Assembly (NCBI GenBank): GCA_965206315.1
Contig: OZ242210.1
Span: 2,343,560 to 2,407,559 of the forward strand
From: Dehalococcoidia bacterium
GTDB taxonomy: Bacteria > Chloroflexota > Dehalococcoidia > Lucifugimonadales > Australimonadaceae
Direction of reading: 5' to 3'
Length of the DNA: 64,000 nt
The notes beneath the pieces were generated by a model, which had not been told where the DNA came from, did not search any database, and worked only from the letters and a program-made list of their open reading frames with translations. Shown here one piece after another: positions 59,894-64,000 of the stretch. A program made the translations under genes and the position numbers. Positions within the stretch are counted from its first letter, which is position 1; each line of letters starts with the position of its first letter.

Positions 59894-60148
59894 GAAGGGG
59901 CGCCCGTGAGGGCGCCCTTCCGTCATTCCCGCGAAGGCGGGAATCCAGAGTGCCCGTCAGGGCACGCGGCGGGAGGTTGGTCTGGGGTGGCGGTTTGATG
60001 TAGGGGCGCCCCTTGTGGGTGCCCTGTGTGTCCTTCCCCCTCGATGGGGGAAGGCTGGGATGGGGGTGAACCGGCGGGGCGCGGAGCGGGATGCTTGCTC
60101 CCTCGCCCCCTGGGAGAGGGAAACGCGCTTTAGCGCGCGGGTGAGGGC
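59894..60148. repeat. mosaic repeat cluster: GC hairpin (59894-59920), C (59922-59973), F (59999-60024), E (60030-60071), D (60100-60148)
   Basis: Every module has copies elsewhere. The cluster fills the spacer between convergent genes. Confidence 0.8.
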
Positions 60149-60160
60149 CGCGAACGCCCC

Positions 60161-61261
60161 CTACAAGTTGTAGAACTCCTTCGCGTTCGTCTCCAGGATC
60201 TTCCGCGCGACGGCATCGCTGATGCGCCCCTCGCTCGCCCATTTCTTGACCTCGTCGAGCGCCGCGAGGTTCGCCGAAGGGTCGGAGTGGCAGTAGTCCG
60301 TGCCGATGATGAGGTTGTCCTCGGTGCCGAAGTCCAGCAGGTGCTCGATGTGGTCCATCGGGTCTATCGTCACGTACAGCCGGTCCTCCTTGAAGAGGTC
60401 GCGCTGCAGATCGAACGTCGCCGAGCGGTCGTGCAGCGCCAGCGACCGCTGCACCATCCCCAGGTTGGAGAGCGCGTAGGAGATCCACGCTCCGCCCGCC
60501 TCGATGAACCCGAACTTGAGGTTCGGGAACTTGCTCGGCAGCCTGCTGGAGACGACCGCCATGAACGCCGCCATCACCGGGAAGCCCCGGTCCCACTCGC
60601 GGCCGGGCAGGGGGTGGCCGGTGTGGATGCACAGCGGCATGTTCAGCGAGTCTGCCTCCTCGTATACCGGGAAGAAGTGCTTGTCACTCACCGGCTTGTC
60701 GAGGTCGAACCCGCGCTTGAAGATCGCGCACGCGCCGTTCTCCTTCGCCCAGCGCAGTTCCGCGACCGCCTTGTCGGGGTCGAGCAGGGGCAGCACAGCC
60801 GCCCAGCGCAGGCGTCCGTTGCTCATCGCGCACCGATCTGCCAGCCAGCGGTTGTACGCACCCGTGAGCTCCGCCTCCGCGTCCGCATCCTGTGCGCCGT
60901 AGCGGATGAAGAACGTCGGGAAGATGACCTGGGCGTCCACCCCCATCTTGTCCATGTCCTTCAGGCGCCCCGCGACGCCCGCCGCGTCGTCCAACTCCCG
61001 GTGCTCGCGCAGCGGGTGGTGTACCTCGTCGCGGATGATGCGCGGCTGCAGGCGGTTCTCGACCAGCCACCAGCGGTTGCCGAGCGCTCCCGCTATGCGA
61101 ACGCCCGGCGCCTCCGGGCGGTCGGCGACCGCGGAGCCCACCTGCGCGTCGGGCGAGATGGATACGGGCACGAACTTGGAGCCCATCTCTTCCATGCTCT
61201 GCCACGTGGCCTCGTTCTCGTCCACGTGCGTATCAGCGTCGATCACACCAAACGTCGCCAT
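60161..61261 (-). CDS. amidohydrolase-2 (PF04909) family protein
   Basis: VIDADTHVDE, CIHTGHP and IIGTDYCHSD. Confidence 0.75.
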   Translation of the reverse strand: MATFGVIDADTHVDENEATWQSMEEMGSKFVPVSISPDAQVGSAVADRPEAPGVRIAGALGNRWWLVENRLQPRIIRDEVHHPLREHRELDDAAGVAGRLKDMDKMGVDAQVIFPTFFIRYGAQDADAEAELTGAYNRWLADRCAMSNGRLRWAAVLPLLDPDKAVAELRWAKENGACAIFKRGFDLDKPVSDKHFFPVYEEADSLNMPLCIHTGHPLPGREWDRGFPVMAAFMAVVSSRLPSKFPNLKFGFIEAGGAWISYALSNLGMVQRSLALHDRSATFDLQRDLFKEDRLYVTIDPMDHIEHLLDFGTEDNLIIGTDYCHSDPSANLAALDEVKKWASEGRISDAVARKILETNAKEFYNL

Positions 61262-61343
61262 GGCTCTGACCTTCCTTTACGCAAAATCTGCTGCTCTTCA
61301 GCCCGGCCTGGATGAACCGAGCCGACGCTCGCTGGCAACTATA

Positions 61344-62675
61344 CTACGCGTCCGCAGGCTGCGGCTCCGTCGGAGCCTTCCTCGGCTGCGTCGCGAACAC
61401 CATCAGCACCAGCATCAGCACCGCGACGCTCGCGAACAGCAGGAACGCCCCGGTGTAGCTCCCCGTCTCGTCGCGGATGTGCGCCGCGAGCAACGGCCCG
61501 AATGGGCTGATCATGCGGAACGGCGCGGTGAACCCCTTGATCGCTCCCAGCGACGTCCTCCCGAAGTAGTTCGCCAGGAGCAGAATCTCGATGATGTTCC
61601 GCATCCCCGCCGCCACGCCGAAGAGTATCGCCCAGAGCACCGCGAGGGGGAAGCCGCCCGCCGGGACCAACAGCAGCGCCATCGTCGTCAGCACCAGCAC
61701 CGCCTGCGCCATGGCGCCCAGGCGCACGTGCACGCGTTCCATGATGAACCCCGTCGGCAGGATGGACGACGCCGACGACATCCCGAAGATGGCCACGACT
61801 GCTACCGCCTGCCCCTCGCTCAACCCGCGGTCGTGGAAGATGGGCGCCATGTGCAGGTTCGTCGCCCCCTGCACGAACGGCGTGCAGACCAGGAAGACCG
61901 TGATGAGCCAGAACGCCCGCGTCCCCCGCGCCTCCCGCAGCGTCCACGACACCTCTTCGACGATTCCCGTCGTTCCTGCGGAGGCAGGAACCCCGCTCCC
62001 ACCCGAAGCGTCGCGCAGGTCGGTCGCGCCGTCCGGCAGCAGTCCGTGGTCCTCCGGCTGGCTGCGCATCAGCAACAGCGCAGGCCCGATGATGGCCAGG
62101 CACGCGAACCCGGAGAGCGCCACGTACGCCGTGCGCCAGTCCGACGCGTCCATGATGAGGAAACTCACGATGGGGAGCACCACTTGTCCGGCGCGATGGC
62201 CCATCGCCTTCACCGCAAGCGTCCGCCCGCGCTGACGCACGAACCACTTCGCTATCGCGACCGACGCCCCGATCTCCACGCCCGCCGTCACTGACCCTCG
62301 CGCCAGCCCGAAGTACGTCCAGAAGTGCCACGGCTCTTGTATCGTCGACAGTCCGAACAGCGCACCCGCGAGCGCCAGGCCACCCAGCGCCACCACCACA
62401 CGCGGTCCATACTTGTCGACAAGCCACCCCGTGACGCTCGATGCGATCGCCCCCGACGCGCTCCCCATGAGGAACCCCAGCGCGATCACCCTGTATGACC
62501 AGCCTAGCTCGTCTTGGATCGGTTTGACGAAGACCGTGAGCACCGGCCCCAACGCCGGCACCTCCGCGAACGTCGCAACGAACGCCGCTCCGACGATGGC
62601 CCACCCGTAGAAGACGCGGTGCGACGGCCAGAAGCGCGGTATCCCCGGCGGGCCTGCCTGCCCCTTCCCCCTCAC
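61344..62675 (-). CDS. MFS transporter
   Basis: ORF 61344..62867, trimmed to the GTG at 62675, which overlaps the esterase stop (GTGA). Has about 12 hydrophobic spans. The central loop contains repeat module B. Confidence 0.75.
   Translation of the reverse strand: MRGKGQAGPPGIPRFWPSHRVFYGWAIVGAAFVATFAEVPALGPVLTVFVKPIQDELGWSYRVIALGFLMGSASGAIASSVTGWLVDKYGPRVVVALGGLALAGALFGLSTIQEPWHFWTYFGLARGSVTAGVEIGASVAIAKWFVRQRGRTLAVKAMGHRAGQVVLPIVSFLIMDASDWRTAYVALSGFACLAIIGPALLLMRSQPEDHGLLPDGATDLRDASGGSGVPASAGTTGIVEEVSWTLREARGTRAFWLITVFLVCTPFVQGATNLHMAPIFHDRGLSEGQAVAVVAIFGMSSASSILPTGFIMERVHVRLGAMAQAVLVLTTMALLLVPAGGFPLAVLWAILFGVAAGMRNIIEILLLANYFGRTSLGAIKGFTAPFRMISPFGPLLAAHIRDETGSYTGAFLLFASVAVLMLVLMVFATQPRKAPTEPQPADA
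61969..61991. repeat. repeat module B, intragenic and in frame (MFS central loop)
   Basis: 'gtcgttcctgcggaggcaggaac', identical to 7981-8003. Here it is read from the opposite strand as GVPASAGTT. Confidence 0.8.
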
Positions 62676-63706
62676 GCAGTGCCGAACGCTTTCCGCAGCT
62701 CGCCTGCCGCCTCGTCGATGGCGTCCCACGTCCGCGTGAACGGGACGCCCGCGTTGAACAGCGCGTGGACCTGCCCGTCGTAGCGTGATAGCTTCGTTGG
62801 CACGCCCGCCTCGCGCAGCCGCTCCGCGTACGCCTCGCCCTCGTCGCGCAGCGGGTCGTACTCGCACGTCAGCACGAACGCGGACGGCAGCCCGGACAGG
62901 TCAGTCGCGGCCATCGGCACAACGTACGGGTTGGACGCGTCCGCCTCATCGCGCACGTAGCACTGCAGGAAGTAGACCATCGTGTCGTAGTTGAGCCCGT
63001 ACCCCTCGCCGTTCTCGATGTAGGACGGACGAGTGAGGTCGTTGTCGACCACGGGGCAGATCAGCGACTGGTGCGCGAGCCGTGGCCCACCCTCGTCGCG
63101 CGCACGAAGCGCCACGGCTGTGGCGAGGTTCCCGCCCGCGCTCGACCCCGCAACTGCGAGCCGCGACGGATCGCCGCCGAACGACCCCGCGTTCGCCGCA
63201 ACCCACTCCGTCACCGCGTAGCAGTCGTCGAGCGGAATGGGAAACTTGTGCTCCGGCGCGAGCCGGTAGTCCACCGACACGACGATGGCTCCGGATGCAT
63301 CCGCCAGCGCCCGGCACGTCGGGTCGTTCGTCGCGATGCTGCCGACCACCCATCCGCCCCCGTGGAACCACACGCACACCGGCAACCCACCTCCCCCTTG
63401 AAGGGAGAGGTCGCCGCCTCCCTTGTCATTTCGAGCGGAGCGCAGCGGAGTCGAGAAATCTCTCGGGTGCCTGCTCCCCTCTCCCTCTGGATGGGGGTGA
63501 ACAGCCGGCACGTACACCCGCACCGGAACGTCGCCATGCGGCCCCGGCGCAGCGACGTCACTCACCCACGCGACCTCCGGCCCGGGGAGGCGCTGCTGCG
63601 ACTCCGACATCGCGCGCGCCTCTTCGGGGCTCACCTCGTGCTGGGCGGGCAGGCCCATGGCGGCCTGCTTCTCCAACGACGCTTTCGCTTCAGGGTCGAG
63701 CGGCAC
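62672..63706 (-). CDS. alpha/beta-hydrolase esterase/lipase, hormone-sensitive-lipase (HSL) family, carrying a repeat-derived insertion
   Basis: HGGGW oxyanion motif, nucleophile elbow GSSAGG, and the DPLRDE and H(ALF) region. GTG start follows a GAAGGAGG RBS. Confidence 0.85.
   Translation of the reverse strand: MPLDPEAKASLEKQAAMGLPAQHEVSPEEARAMSESQQRLPGPEVAWVSDVAAPGPHGDVPVRVYVPAVHPHPEGEGSRHPRDFSTPLRSARNDKGGGDLSLQGGGGLPVCVWFHGGGWVVGSIATNDPTCRALADASGAIVVSVDYRLAPEHKFPIPLDDCYAVTEWVAANAGSFGGDPSRLAVAGSSAGGNLATAVALRARDEGGPRLAHQSLICPVVDNDLTRPSYIENGEGYGLNYDTMVYFLQCYVRDEADASNPYVVPMAATDLSGLPSAFVLTCEYDPLRDEGEAYAERLREAGVPTKLSRYDGQVHALFNAGVPFTRTWDAIDEAAGELRKAFGTA
63386..63502. repeat. composite repeat cassette (D-type hairpin, A, D/E hybrid) inside the esterase CDS, 117 nt = 39 codons
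   Basis: Encodes [39 protein letters not shown]. The nucleotide sequence is nearly collinear with the intergenic cluster at 63781-63875. Confidence 0.8.
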
Positions 63707-63753
63707 GCCGCGCCTCCTTCGGACCGGATGCGCCGGAGTATACGCGAGGGATT

Positions 63754-64000
63754 GTCATTCCGAGCGGAGCGCAGCGCCTGCCTTGTCATTTCGAGCGGAG
63801 CCGAGAAATCTCTCGGGGGCTGTCCCCTCTCCCTTGAGGGAGAGGGAGAGGGTGAGGGTGAGGGTGAGGGTGAACCCTTACTCGTCATTCCCGCACCGGC
63901 GGGAATCCAGGGTGAGCGGGCAGGTCACGCGGCGGCGGGGCGTGGTGTGGGAGAGGCCTGTTCCCCTCGCCCTCTGGGAGAGGGTGCCGCGTCAGCGGCG
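63754..64000. repeat. mosaic repeat cluster: partial A (63754-63776), A (63785-63819), D with (GGTGAGG)4 heptamer run (63824-63875), C (63884-63940), D (63963-64000, cut by the window edge)
   Basis: All modules are shared with other spacers in the window. Confidence 0.8.

Noticed and set aside
59894-59920. Classical rho-independent terminator after Rieske paralogue 6
   Set aside because: The GC hairpin is strong, but it has a 1-nt bulge and is not followed by a T/U tract. It is reported as part of the repeat array instead.
1-64000. tRNA, rRNA, tmRNA, SRP RNA or riboswitches
   Set aside because: Scanning the intergenic spacers by eye showed no cloverleaf-like or rRNA-like sequence and no familiar riboswitch cores. 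This is a weak negative and should be confirmed with tRNAscan-SE and Infernal.

Overview
The window is a visibly GC-rich, gene-dense bacterial chromosomal segment. It holds about 73 protein genes, one RNase P RNA and one IS30 copy. I recognised no rRNA, tRNA or CRISPR array. Lipoboxes followed by Pro/Thr tethers, an eukaryote-like GSII and the many Rieske and amidohydrolase paralogues suggest a Chloroflexota-like monoderm, but that is inference only.

Housekeeping content:
- thiI
- a 2-oxoacid dehydrogenase E1alpha-E1beta-E2 operon, and lipB
- an AICAR-transformylase-only purH homologue
- rnpB and lgt
- an rpiB-tal-gnd-pgl pentose-phosphate operon
- glnII, cyclophilin, and an ECF sigma/anti-sigma pair

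Accessory and catabolic content:
- Six paralogous Rieske non-heme-iron oxygenase alpha subunits. No beta subunit, ferredoxin or reductase is visible anywhere in the window.
- Four of these Rieske genes are interleaved with the two ATPase genes of a peptide-type ABC importer. The binding protein and permeases of that importer lie on the opposite strand, together with a LicD-like gene.
- Three PF04909-type amidohydrolases, two class II aldolases, two MFS transporters, an amidase/FAD-oxidase pair and a split TPP decarboxylase.
- At least eight toxin-antitoxin-like loci scattered singly between core genes.

The most unusual signal is a set of at least seven families of short palindromic repeat modules, named A-G here. 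They form mosaic clusters in almost every longer intergenic spacer, and they also sit in frame inside three intact genes. There are three copies in the E2 linkers, one in an MFS central loop, and a 117-nt composite cassette beside the HGGG oxyanion motif of an esterase.

Other notable points:
- An intact large-serine-recombinase homologue has all of its catalytic Ser/Arg positions substituted.
- A frameshifted IS30 abuts the stop codon of that recombinase homologue.
- There is a G14 homopolymer tract.

All family assignments come from motif recognition by eye. No database search was run.
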